Below are positions 44,260 through 54,182 of a stretch of DNA of 64,000 nt, one piece after another. The stretch comes from a plasmid. Numbering within the stretch: the first letter of the stretch is position 1; each line of letters begins with the position of its first letter. The position numbers and the translations under genes are program-made. Under the pieces are notes generated by a model that searched no databases, was not told where the DNA came from, and was given only the letters and a program-made list of their open reading frames with translations. The DNA is taken from sequence record NZ_CP118918.1. One strand, 5' to 3'.

Positions 44260-45867
44260 CTAGCCCCGCAGGTCCTTGCGCAGTATTTTCCCGGACGCCG
44301 ACTTCGGTATGGCGTCGATGAACTCCACCCGGCGCACCTTCTTGTACGGCGCGACGTTGTCGGCCACGAACGCCATGACCTGTTCTTCGTCGACGGTGGC
44401 GCCGGACTGCTTGACGACAAACGCTTTCGGGATCTCCTCACCGTCAGCATCGGTGACACCGATGACGGCGGCATCGGCGATGCCGGGATGGGTCAGCAGC
44501 AGGGCCTCGAGTTCGGCGGGCGGCACCTGATACCCCTTGTACTTGATCAGTTCCTTGAGCCGGTCGACGATGTACACGCAACCAGTGGAGTCCACACACG
44601 CCATGTCGCCGGTGTGCAGGAACCCGTCGCCGTCGATGGTCTCGGAAGTCGCCTTGTCGTTGCCCAGATAGCCGGCCATCACATTGGGGCCGGAGAACCA
44701 CAATTCGCCGGCCTCGCTACGACCCGACTCCGGAATGCCGATTTCGGCGCCGGTTTCCGGGTTGATGATCTTGCTGACGGCATTCGGCACGGTCCAGCCC
44801 ACTGAGCTCAGGGGCGGGGTCACCCCGACGCTTTGCTCACCACCGTCGAAGGGCATGCAGTGGCTCACCGGGGAGAGTTCACTCATCCCGTAGCCCTGCA
44901 CAACCCGGCAGCTGATCCGCTTGGCGACGGCATGGCCCAGATCCTCGTCCAGGGGTGCGGCGCCCGACATGACGACCTTCAGTGACGACAGATCGAACTG
45001 GTCGATGACTGGGTGCTTGGCCAACGCGACCGCGACCGGCGGGGCGATGTAGCCAACGGTGCATCGGTGGTTCTCGATGTTGGTCAGGAACTTCTGCAGA
45101 TCGAAGGACGGCATGATGACCAGCCGGGCCCGGGCGCGCAACGCGGCGTTGAGCAGAACTGTCATCCCGTAGATGTGGAAGAACGGGAGCACGGCGATGA
45201 TCACGTCATCGGCGGTGATCCCCTGGATGGAACTGAACTGTGCGACGTTGGCCACGAGGTTGCGATGGGTGAGCATGACGCCCTTGGGATTGCCCGTTGT
45301 CCCGGAACTGTAGGGCAGGGCCGCCAGATGTGTCGCGGCGTCGAACGAGACCATGGGGGCGTCGGCGCCGCAGGCCAGCAGATCATCGACACTTAGATGC
45401 TTGGCCGCAGCGGCTTCGCCGGCGCCGTCGAGCACTACTACCTCGCTGGGGGACAGGCCGGCGTGCGCAGCGCCTTCGGCGGCCTGGGGCAGCAGTGCGG
45501 AGACGGTGATGAGCATCGTGGCGTGCGCGTCGGTCAACTGCGTGGCAATGTCCTTGGCGGTGAACAGCGCGTTGATGGTGGTGGCCGTCGCCCCGGCGCG
45601 CAGGATGCCGTGGAACGCGACTGCGAAGCCCGAGCTGTTGGGGGAGAGCAGGCCCACGACGTCGCCGACACCGATTCCGCGGTCCGCCAGACCCGCGGCG
45701 AAGGCGTCGATCCGGGTGATCAGACCCCGGTAGGTCAGCTCGGTGCCCGTCGGGGCGTCCACCAGCGCCACTCGATTGGCATCGGCGTCTGATAATTCGC
45801 CGAACAGGTAGTCGTAGACACCGGTGTCCGGAATCTCGACCTCAGGGTATGGGCTGGCAAATGTCAC
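44260..45867 (-). CDS. acyl-CoA synthetase / fatty-acid-CoA ligase (FadD-like AMP-binding enzyme); alternative ATG start at 45915
   Basis: AMP-binding motifs LPYSSGTTGNPKGV, YGMTE-like, C-terminal GWLHTGD...PKSASGKILR. Confidence 0.85.
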   Translation of the reverse strand: MTFASPYPEVEIPDTGVYDYLFGELSDADANRVALVDAPTGTELTYRGLITRIDAFAAGLADRGIGVGDVVGLLSPNSSGFAVAFHGILRAGATATTINALFTAKDIATQLTDAHATMLITVSALLPQAAEGAAHAGLSPSEVVVLDGAGEAAAAKHLSVDDLLACGADAPMVSFDAATHLAALPYSSGTTGNPKGVMLTHRNLVANVAQFSSIQGITADDVIIAVLPFFHIYGMTVLLNAALRARARLVIMPSFDLQKFLTNIENHRCTVGYIAPPVAVALAKHPVIDQFDLSSLKVVMSGAAPLDEDLGHAVAKRISCRVVQGYGMSELSPVSHCMPFDGGEQSVGVTPPLSSVGWTVPNAVSKIINPETGAEIGIPESGRSEAGELWFSGPNVMAGYLGNDKATSETIDGDGFLHTGDMACVDSTGCVYIVDRLKELIKYKGYQVPPAELEALLLTHPGIADAAVIGVTDADGEEIPKAFVVKQSGATVDEEQVMAFVADNVAPYKKVRRVEFIDAIPKSASGKILRKDLRG

Positions 45868-46317
45868 GACGCTCCTTGGGTCTCGAGTTGGGCGATGAAT
45901 TCTCTTGGTGGCCACAACCGGTATGACCTGTCGATCAGCTTCGCCACCTCCTCCCGATCAGGGTTCGAGTCACTGCCGTCGCCGCAGATCCAGGCCCAAC
46001 CAACAAAGGGACTCGGGTACATCAGGCAGAGGAACTTGCTGTCCTGGCTCATGCGGCCGCTCGGTCGGATCAAGGGGGAGTGGCCGTGGCGGACCATCTC
46101 GCCCGCCGACTGCTTGGAATGTCGCCCTACAGACCAAGCTCTCGGGGCGTGGAACATCGGCCTGCCGTGCGAGATCTTATCGAGTGGCCCGGGGAAGCTC
46201 CGAGCGATTCGCCGCACGTCCTATCGGGCGGCAGCCGTATCGAGCAAGCCGCTGCTCGATCGTCCGCCCTATGCCCGAAGCCGCGCCGGTGATGACCGCA
46301 GTGTGGCGGCGAGCGGA

Positions 46318-47304
46318 TCAGGCCTCTGATGGTGCACCGCTTCTCCGTTTCTGGATGGTCGAGCTGAAGGTGCCTGGGGCGGCCGCAGCCTGGACATCGC
46401 CGCGCACTTGCGGCGGCAGGTCGGTGGTGCCCGCCTGGTCGGCGACGGCGTCAACGAGCTGCGGCCAGAACGCAGGAGGGTAGTCGTGGCCCAGTCCGGG
46501 TACGACCCACAGTCGCGAATGCCCGATGGCCCGGTGGGTGGCCCGGCCGCCCGATGTGGCGACCATCCGGTCGCGGTCTCCGTGGATCACCAGTGTCGGC
46601 GCGATTATGCGAGCGAGTTCGGCAGTGCGGTCGCCGGTGGCCAGTATCGCCGCAAGCTGCCGGGAGGCTCCGTCGGGGCTCGGGTCGCGGCGCCAGGCCG
46701 CAGCGGCGTGGTCGCGTATCCAGGCTTCGTCCTGCGGGAAGCCAACGGAGCCGATGTGAGCGTACGTCGCGACATCGGCGTCGGCGGCCTCGTGGGCCGA
46801 GGACGGTGGCGAGGCGAGCATCCTCAACCAGGTCGACCAGGCGGGCCGTCCGATGCGCGGCGCACCGGTGGTGGAGAACATGGAGGTCAGGCTGGCCACT
46901 CGCTGCGGCCACCGGCTGGCAACGACCTGCGCGATCATGCCGCCCATCGACGCGCCGAAGACATGGGCCCGTTCAATCGCCAGCGCGTCCAGCAGCCCTA
47001 CGGTGTCGCGGGCCAGGTGGTGGAGACCATAGGTATCGCTGGGGTAGCGACCGGTGAGCATGGCCAGCAGCCCGGGGGGCTTCGCGCTCGCGTGAGTCGA
47101 CCGGCCGCTGTCGCGGTTATCGAAGCGAATCACCCGAAAACCGCGCCCGGCCAGTGCCTCGCACAGCGGTAACGGCCAGGACAGCAGTTGCTGGCCCAGT
47201 CCGGCGACGAGCAGCAGTGGCGTCGCATCGGCGTCACCGATCTGCTCGAAGCACAACGTGATCCCTTGGCCGACATCGGCGAACTCCTCACGGGGGTCGG
47301 TCAT
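46318..47304 (-). CDS. alpha/beta-hydrolase fold protein
   Basis: Nucleophile elbow HVFGASMGG. C-terminal His VVPGLGHDYP. Start TGATG-coupled to the upstream P450. Confidence 0.75.
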   Translation of the reverse strand: MTDPREEFADVGQGITLCFEQIGDADATPLLLVAGLGQQLLSWPLPLCEALAGRGFRVIRFDNRDSGRSTHASAKPPGLLAMLTGRYPSDTYGLHHLARDTVGLLDALAIERAHVFGASMGGMIAQVVASRWPQRVASLTSMFSTTGAPRIGRPAWSTWLRMLASPPSSAHEAADADVATYAHIGSVGFPQDEAWIRDHAAAAWRRDPSPDGASRQLAAILATGDRTAELARIIAPTLVIHGDRDRMVATSGGRATHRAIGHSRLWVVPGLGHDYPPAFWPQLVDAVADQAGTTDLPPQVRGDVQAAAAPGTFSSTIQKRRSGAPSEA

Positions 47305-48668
47305 CACGCCACGACCTCGCCGACCGCGGCGTCGACCCTGCCGACGACCTGCGGCACAGTGCGGCGATGCCAGACGGCCCGGCCACCGTCGCCCGGGGTC
47401 CAGGCCACACCCCGGGAGCGCCACTTCTCGTCCGGGGCTGTCGTGGGGGACAGCTCATAGTCCTGCAGCAAGGTGCGCAACACGACGTTCATCTCCATGT
47501 CGGCGAAGGCGGCACCGATGCACCGGCGGGTGCCACCACCAAACGGAATCCAGGAGTACATACCGGGTTTGGCGCCAATGAACCGGTCGGGGTGGAACGT
47601 CATGGGGTCAGGGAAAACGTTCTCGTCGAGCTGTACCTGGTCGAGCGCGACCACAATCTGGTAGCCCGGCGGGATCACCCACTGGCCCAGTTGCAGGGGC
47701 TCCCCGGCGATCATCCGCGCGACCTCGGTAACAACCGGCCGGGTGCGCTGGACCTCGAGCACCGTGGCTGCCAACAGCTCGGTTCCACCTCGATCGATCT
47801 CCTCGACGAGTCGGTCGAGGAGCGCAGGATGGCGTCGCAGGCGTTCGACGGCCCAGGCAAGTGTGTTGGCCGTGGTCTCGTGCCCTGCGCCGAGCAGGGT
47901 GAAAAGCTCATCGGCGATCTCGGTGTCGGTCATCGCTTCGCCGTCCTCGTAGGTGCTCTGCACCAGCATGGCCAGGACGTCGTCGCGTTCGGACAGCGTC
48001 GGATCGGCGCGCGTGGCCGCGATGAGGTCGAGCACCACTGCGTCATACTCGGCACGCATCGAGCGGAATCGTGCCCAAGCCCCCCATCTGCGGTCGGGGT
48101 CGGCGAACGGTGAGGCGGTCAGCTTGGCTCCGAGTTCCACCATCGGCGGCATGATGCGTCGCAACTGCTCCAGGTGTGCGCCTTCGGCGCCGAGGACGGC
48201 GCGCAGGATGATGTTGAGCGTCAAGCGCATGAATGGCTCGGCGGACTCCATCTCCTCGCCCATCCGCCACGTCGTGGCCTCGCGGCGGGTCTCCTCGATC
48301 ATGAGCTGCTCGTGGGCCCTCATCTGTCTGCCGTGGAAGGGCGGTACCAGGAGCTTGCGTCGGCGTCGGTGCGCTTCGCCCTCCAGTGCGAACGTCGACC
48401 CGGGCCCGAGGACGTTGCCGAGGTTGGGGACCCCGTTACCGGCGATCTCAGTACTGGCGGTGAAGAGTTCCTTGGTCAGATCGGCGGTGGTCAACACGAC
48501 GCAGCGCCCGTAGGGCGCCATCTTCATGGTGAAGGTCGACCCGTGGCGGCACTGAAGTCCGGTCAGAAGACGTCTGCGGAAATAGATCCAGCCGGCGAGC
48601 AAAACCGGGCCGGGGAGCCTGGTCGCCTCCGGTAGGCGGGCCGCCGAGGGGGTAGTGAGCGAGTTCAT
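47304..48668 (-). CDS. cytochrome P450
   Basis: Heme loop FGGGTRRCIGAAFADMEMNVVL. EXXR TVLEVQRTRP. Confidence 0.85.
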   Translation of the reverse strand: MNSLTTPSAARLPEATRLPGPVLLAGWIYFRRRLLTGLQCRHGSTFTMKMAPYGRCVVLTTADLTKELFTASTEIAGNGVPNLGNVLGPGSTFALEGEAHRRRRKLLVPPFHGRQMRAHEQLMIEETRREATTWRMGEEMESAEPFMRLTLNIILRAVLGAEGAHLEQLRRIMPPMVELGAKLTASPFADPDRRWGAWARFRSMRAEYDAVVLDLIAATRADPTLSERDDVLAMLVQSTYEDGEAMTDTEIADELFTLLGAGHETTANTLAWAVERLRRHPALLDRLVEEIDRGGTELLAATVLEVQRTRPVVTEVARMIAGEPLQLGQWVIPPGYQIVVALDQVQLDENVFPDPMTFHPDRFIGAKPGMYSWIPFGGGTRRCIGAAFADMEMNVVLRTLLQDYELSPTTAPDEKWRSRGVAWTPGDGGRAVWHRRTVPQVVGRVDAAVGEVVA

Positions 48669-48875
48669 GTCTTCTCTCCCTTTCGACGTCGGGTACTTAA
48701 CAGTACCCTCCGTACCGTACAGCGATGTGAGTGCCACCACAATGTTCGGTGGGTGCAAAGCCGGGGCGAAGAGAATCCTGACCGGCAATCACCATCGAAT
48801 CCGGTCGAGGTGGTGGCTGTCGTCCCGAGATTCCTTCGCCTGCGCCGCCCTAACTCTCGGAGTGAAACGGACCGC

Positions 48876-49658
48876 TTAGGCGCGAAGACGCACTCTGTCG
48901 GCAGCGAATTGCGCTGCTTCGGTGGTCATCCCAGCTGTGCGATATGCGCTGTGGGCGGAGCGTTCAAAGCCGTCTGGCGAGCACACCGGGTCCCCAACCA
49001 TACAGAGGTCGATGGTCCGGTCGGCATACCGCGAGCCGATGGTAATGGGTGGGGCTGTTTGGACGAGCATGTGCACAAAGCCTTGCGTGGGTTTGCCGAA
49101 CAACACTACGGCGGCGACATGATCGGCGATCTCGGGTGGTAGCGGGCCCGTAATTCCGGGCGGCAGAGCGTATCCCGGCGGAACGACGTCGGTGGTGGTG
49201 TAGGCCGCCACGGCGGCTCCCTGTGAGTACCCGCCGAGCACGATCTGCGTTTCCGGGCATTGCGCGGCGATCGCCGCAACTCTGGTGCTCGCGTCGGCAA
49301 CCCCGTCGGCCGCCCGGGGAAAATCAAGGGAGGCAGGATAATTCACGGGGTAGAGATCTACGGACTCATCGGGCAGATGGGCGCGCAGTGCGTCGACGAA
49401 CGCTTGTCCTGTTTGCCCGGGTCCTGGCGCTTCGAAGGTGCCGCGAGCGAAGACCACCTCGACTCCTGGGCAGGGGTCGGCGGACGCCGCGGGGATGAGT
49501 GTCAACGACGACGCGAGGGCCGTCAGGGCTACCGTTAGCAGAAGGGGTAGGCGGCGTCGTCCGGCGTACGTCAACGTTCCGGCCTTTTTGTCGGCGATGG
49601 TGGGATGCGAAGTCGATCGGAATCTACGTTGTCCAGACCTCAGGCGGGTGTCATGCAT
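48876..49658 (-). CDS. secreted cutinase-family esterase
   Basis: Signal peptide, DPCPGVEVVFARGTFE, catalytic GYSQGAAV, conserved Cys pair. Confidence 0.8.
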   Translation of the reverse strand: MHDTRLRSGQRRFRSTSHPTIADKKAGTLTYAGRRRLPLLLTVALTALASSLTLIPAASADPCPGVEVVFARGTFEAPGPGQTGQAFVDALRAHLPDESVDLYPVNYPASLDFPRAADGVADASTRVAAIAAQCPETQIVLGGYSQGAAVAAYTTTDVVPPGYALPPGITGPLPPEIADHVAAVVLFGKPTQGFVHMLVQTAPPITIGSRYADRTIDLCMVGDPVCSPDGFERSAHSAYRTAGMTTEAAQFAADRVRLRA

Positions 49659-49879
49659 GTTGGTTCTCCAGTGGGAGTTCGAATGTGAGCTGAGGGGATC
49701 GCGAGCGCCACGAGACTGCGGTTGGTCGGCGCATGATTCATGGCATCACGATCGGATTGGTGGGCTGTGAAGGGTCTTGGCGTCGGCGTCGGCCAACCCC
49801 GGAGCGCCAGCTGGTGATCGCGGTTACCGCAACCGAGACAAGGGTCTGAGCGCCTGCACCTCAAGGGTAAGCAGCGGGC

Positions 49880-51190
49880 TCACTCTCCGCCGTCGTCGAC
49901 GACGTTCTGCACGTCCTCTGGGGTCAGGAGTTGTCGCGTGGCGGCCGCGCGAGCTGCTGCCAGGTCAGGATTGTCGGAACTGGCGAAATCGATGGCCAGG
50001 GATCCGTTGAAGGTGGTGATGTACGCGCTTTCTGTCATGTGCAGGCCGGGGATGTCGAGTCCCTGTGGCGACTGCCATTGTTGATAGGATGCTGGGTGAA
50101 AATCGATGAGCGAAACGCTCGGCGGGGTAACGAGTTCGGGTATCCGCCCCCAGTTGGTGCTGCTCAGTGTTTCCCCGGGAGTCAGCACTGCGGGCAGTTC
50201 GGGGAACTCGTCATTGGATAGTGCCGCCACTAGTCCCAAGAGCTCGGCGATCATGCCTCGGTCCAGATCCGCTGCGAGCTTGGTATTGAGTTTGCGGGCC
50301 ATCTCGTACATTCCGTCCCCAGCGACATCGGCCCCTGTCGCAAACACCGGGGCTATCACATTCGTGCCCTCGGTGAGTCCCACCGGCGGGTTCAGACGTG
50401 AGCGTAGGTCGACGGTGTACATGTAGGCGATCTCGCCCATGTCGACGGAACGTACCTGTGCTTCGGCGAGAATCAATGCGGCCGAGATGACGCCATTCAC
50501 GGTCGTGTGCTGCGACCGGGCGTTGGAGATGAGCTGTGTTGTCTGCGCCGGCGTCAGCCGCAGCCGGATGAACTCGGCGGACGCAGCGTCGTTCGCGACG
50601 GTGGTGTCGCTGATGTCACTGCAGGGCGACGGAACTGAGCCCGACGATGTAGCGTCAAGATAACCGCGTGCCAGCAGCAGGGCCTCGGCCGACTCAGGGT
50701 ACGGGTGGGGAGCTACAGCCGGGGATGGGCGTCCGGCAACGATATCGGTGTACATCGACCACAGCTGAGTGAGAAGGACCAGAGAATGCTGCCCGTCAGC
50801 CACGCTGTGGTGGGTGAAGAAGGCGACAGTAGTATCGCCTTCTCCTTCGGCGATGTGCACGGCGCACACTTGGTCTTGCTGGCGCATCGTCAAGCCACGC
50901 AGAGGCGGTGAGCCGCGCCCCGAGGTGACGGTCACGTAGGTGGGGTCAGCATCGTCTCTTTCTGCGGTGATAGCGTGCCGCCCGGTGCCCAGTGGGACTA
51001 TTCGGGTGGCGAGCACTGGATAACACGATCGCAGTTGGGCAAGGGCGCGCGTCATCGCCGCGACATCGATATGCCCAGTTGCACGAACGCAGTATCCGAC
51101 GAAGCTGCCAAAGCTGGCGTACACCTCCTCGCTCAGGTCCAGCGGACGAATCAGCGATTGGGTCGCTGCTGTCGCGCGGTGATCTGCCAT
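49880..51190 (-). CDS. PapA5-like (condensation-domain) acyltransferase
   Basis: HHxxxDG motif FFTHHSVADGQH. Length ~435 aa, consistent with polyketide-associated protein acyltransferases. Confidence 0.7.
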   Translation of the reverse strand: MADHRATAATQSLIRPLDLSEEVYASFGSFVGYCVRATGHIDVAAMTRALAQLRSCYPVLATRIVPLGTGRHAITAERDDADPTYVTVTSGRGSPPLRGLTMRQQDQVCAVHIAEGEGDTTVAFFTHHSVADGQHSLVLLTQLWSMYTDIVAGRPSPAVAPHPYPESAEALLLARGYLDATSSGSVPSPCSDISDTTVANDAASAEFIRLRLTPAQTTQLISNARSQHTTVNGVISAALILAEAQVRSVDMGEIAYMYTVDLRSRLNPPVGLTEGTNVIAPVFATGADVAGDGMYEMARKLNTKLAADLDRGMIAELLGLVAALSNDEFPELPAVLTPGETLSSTNWGRIPELVTPPSVSLIDFHPASYQQWQSPQGLDIPGLHMTESAYITTFNGSLAIDFASSDNPDLAAARAAATRQLLTPEDVQNVVDDGGE

Positions 51191-51293
51191 TTTGAAAGTC
51201 CCTCTCGATTCATTGCGGATCCAACTTCGACCCACAATATCTGGGTCATGTGACCCGGGGTCACATGACCCAACTTAGAGGTAGGCTGATCAG

Positions 51294-51962
51294 GTGTCAA
51301 AGAGTCTCCGATCACAGCGCGCCCTCGAACGTCGTCAGCAGCTCATCAACGCGGCGATAGAGGTGATCGCCGACGTGGGGTTGGAAGCGACGACCACCCG
51401 CAAGGTGGCCGAGCAATCCGGCCTCCCGTTAAGTTCGGTGCACCACACGTTCACGGACAAAGACGAATTGATCTGCGCAGTCATAGATTTCGTTGGCGAC
51501 CAAGTCGAAGCGCTGCGGCGCGATGCGCAACACCCGCAGGCTCGGAAACATTCGACACCCGAGAACGCGGTGCGCGAGGCGCTGTTTGTCTTCTGGAGCC
51601 TCGTCGAAGACGATCCGTCCTTCCAGCTGATGCAATTTGAGCTCATGATCTACTGTTTGCGCCACCCTGACTCGCACTGGATGGCGCAACGGCAGTACGA
51701 CCGCAACTGCGCTCTTGTCGCCAATGCGTTGAGGACAGCGGTCGAGGGTACGGTCGCCGCGGGCGGTATTGACATCGAGCAGACCGCTCGGCTGATCTTG
51801 GCTGCCCTGGACGGTATCGTGCTGCATTTCCTTGTGTATAGAGATCGCGAACGGGCCAAGATCGCGCTGGAGAGCCTAGCGAGTGCTTGTAGCCCGTACC
51901 TCACCGGGGGCCCGGGCTCGTACCGAGGTCCCAGATCGCTCCCAGCCACGCTGCGATTCTGA
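51294..51962 (+). CDS. TetR-family transcriptional regulator
   Basis: RQQLINAAIEVIADVGLEATTTRKVAEQSGLPLSSVHHTFTDKDELI. Confidence 0.8.
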   Translation: MSKSLRSQRALERRQQLINAAIEVIADVGLEATTTRKVAEQSGLPLSSVHHTFTDKDELICAVIDFVGDQVEALRRDAQHPQARKHSTPENAVREALFVFWSLVEDDPSFQLMQFELMIYCLRHPDSHWMAQRQYDRNCALVANALRTAVEGTVAAGGIDIEQTARLILAALDGIVLHFLVYRDRERAKIALESLASACSPYLTGGPGSYRGPRSLPATLRF

Positions 51963-51978
51963 CCCTCGGAAAGGGTGA

Positions 51979-53090
51979 CTATCGCGAATCCTCCGGCGTA
52001 GACAGCACCGTGCCCTCGGGAGGCCGGGCTGTGCTGTCGCCCGCGACGAGGCGGAGTCGGCTCGTCACCTCGATGGCCGCCGAAGGTTCGAGTGCGTCTT
52101 GGCCGGTGATGATGAGTTGCACCATGTACCTCGCACTGAATTCGAGATCGTGGCCGGCATCGCGGATCGCGCCACGCAAATCGACTGTGCCGTAAGCAGA
52201 ATCGCCATACCACTCACGCCCACCACCACTGGTGGTGGTGTCCTCGGTCAGGAACTGCTCGGCGACCGCGGCATCGGAATTCTCGGTTCCGGCGGCCATG
52301 GTCAACGCCTCATCGGTGATGATCCCAGTCTCGGGTTCGGCCACCACATGCGCCCGACACCCATCCCGGTGTGCCTCAGGTGACTTACGGGTATGGCGGG
52401 CGTCGGGGTCGACCTGGGAGATCACCCCGTCCGGGGCGACCCGACGGGCCGATACGCCACCGCCCGTCGGTGCCGTCTGAGCCTTCAGCTGGTTCGACAT
52501 CTTGGCCAACGCCGCCGCCACCATCTCCTCGGCAGCGATCTGCTCGTCAATCCCGGCCAGTGCCTCCAACAGGGCGTTCGCATCGTTGACCAGCGCCGAG
52601 ACCAACGCGTCCTTGGCGCCGGGTTCCTCCCAGTCGATCTGAGGCTTCCCCGCACGGCTGTAGTCATGCCCGGTGCACACCGCCGCGATGGCCTCGCTGC
52701 CCCCGGGTACCACCCGCCCGACCCGGCGGATCGCCAAAATCAGCTGGGTGATGGTGTCCTGGGTGGCCACCGCGTCAGCCAGAATCGTGGAATCCACCGC
52801 CCGCCTACGCCGACCAGTCATCACCCCGGTCTGTGTGATCACCGCGCGTACCGCGTCGTTGATCCGCTGCGGCCGCTCCGATTTCGCCAGTCGTTGCGCC
52901 AGTACACCAGCGTCGACGGATCAAACCCCTTGTCGTCCAACGCCATCCCGGTAGCGACCTTCCACCGCAGATCACACCGGACCGCCTCAGCGGTCTCGCG
53001 ATCCGACAGGTCCTGCAACGTCTGCAACACCAGAACCGAGGCCATCACCGACGCCGGGATCGACGGCCGTCCCCTACCCGAAGTAAACAT
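51979..53090 (-). mobile_element. IS1182/IS5-like DDE transposase remnant (pseudogene): DUF772 N-terminal domain (52839..53090) and DDE domain (51979..52842) in different frames, probably truncated
   Basis: N-terminal GRPSIPASVMASVLVLQTLQDLSDRETAEAVRCDLRWKVATGMALDDKGFDPSTLVYWRN. DDE residues AVDSTIL, VDPDARHTRKS, YGDSAYGT. Confidence 0.65.
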
Positions 53091-53599
53091 GGCTGATCAT
53101 CGCCTGGACTTGTTCGGCGACGGTGAGCTCGAGGATCCTGGTGGGTCATTTGGTGGCGCCGGGCAGTATGTTCGCGTTTTTGGTTTGTGCAGGGTGCGGA
53201 GCGGCCGGATCGGGAGTTGTTGGACGCGTAGCCTATTATCCCAGCTCACACCAACCCCACCACGAAGGCACGCCGATTATTCAGCGGCCTCCCAGATGCC
53301 GCGATGCTGACACTCCTCTGGCGCGCAGTTGTTGCATCAAACGCAATTCTTCCCATTTCTGACAGCAGATCGAACGGTGAATGCCACACGTCTGGCAGTG
53401 CTGCGTTCCGATCAGCACACGTCCGGCGCCACCCCGTAGTGGATGCCCATTTACGCAGTACAGAGGGGGCGGCGGCTCCTCCCAGCCATGCCGCGTTCGA
53501 CGCAACTCCATCCTCGCCATGCCCTAAGTTCCGGGATCGCTGGACCGAAGAGACCAAACAGCCCTGTAGATACAGTTGTCTACAGTTTATTCTGGGATC

Positions 53600-53836
53600 A
53601 TGTCTACACCTACAACAACGATCCGCGTACCGGTTACCACTCGTGATCGCCTCAATGCACAAGCCCGCGACCGCGGCATCTCCGTCGTCGCACTCCTCGA
53701 CGAATGGTCCCACCGCGCCGAAAGGGACGCCGCCTTCGCCGAGGAACGCGCCGCCACCCGCGCAGAAGCCGCCAACCCAGCCGTCATCGAGGAGGACCGC
53801 GACTGGGAACAGGCCGACGCCGATGGAATCGACTAA
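53600..53836 (+). CDS. RHH antitoxin (MazE/CopG-like)
   Basis: [36 protein letters not shown]. 14-nt overlap with the downstream toxin. Confidence 0.6.
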   Translation: MSTPTTTIRVPVTTRDRLNAQARDRGISVVALLDEWSHRAERDAAFAEERAATRAEAANPAVIEEDRDWEQADADGID

Positions 53837-54182
53837 TCCCCGCCGGGGCGAACTGTGGCTGGTCGCCTTCGGCGCCGGCCGCCCCGGCGAACCCGCCAAA
53901 CACCGGCCCGCCGTCATCGTGTCGGCTGACGAACTCCTCACCGGCGATCCAGATCCCACCGAACTCGTCGTGGTGATACCGGTGTCGAGTTCGCGCACAC
54001 CGACAAGCCTCCGGCCACCGATCACCCCCGATGAAGGCGTCGACACCAACAGCGTCGCAGTCTGCCGGGCAGTCCGAGGCATCGCCCGAGGACGACTACT
54101 GCGCCACCTCGGAACGCTCAACAGACCCACGATGAGCCACATCGAGAAGTCCGTGGCCCTCATCCTCGGACTCGACCGATGA
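53823..54182 (+). CDS. MazF/PemK-family toxin endoribonuclease
   Basis: [29 protein letters not shown]...VVIPVSSS...[46 protein letters not shown]. Confidence 0.75.
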   Translation: MESTNPRRGELWLVAFGAGRPGEPAKHRPAVIVSADELLTGDPDPTELVVVIPVSSSRTPTSLRPPITPDEGVDTNSVAVCRAVRGIARGRLLRHLGTLNRPTMSHIEKSVALILGLDR

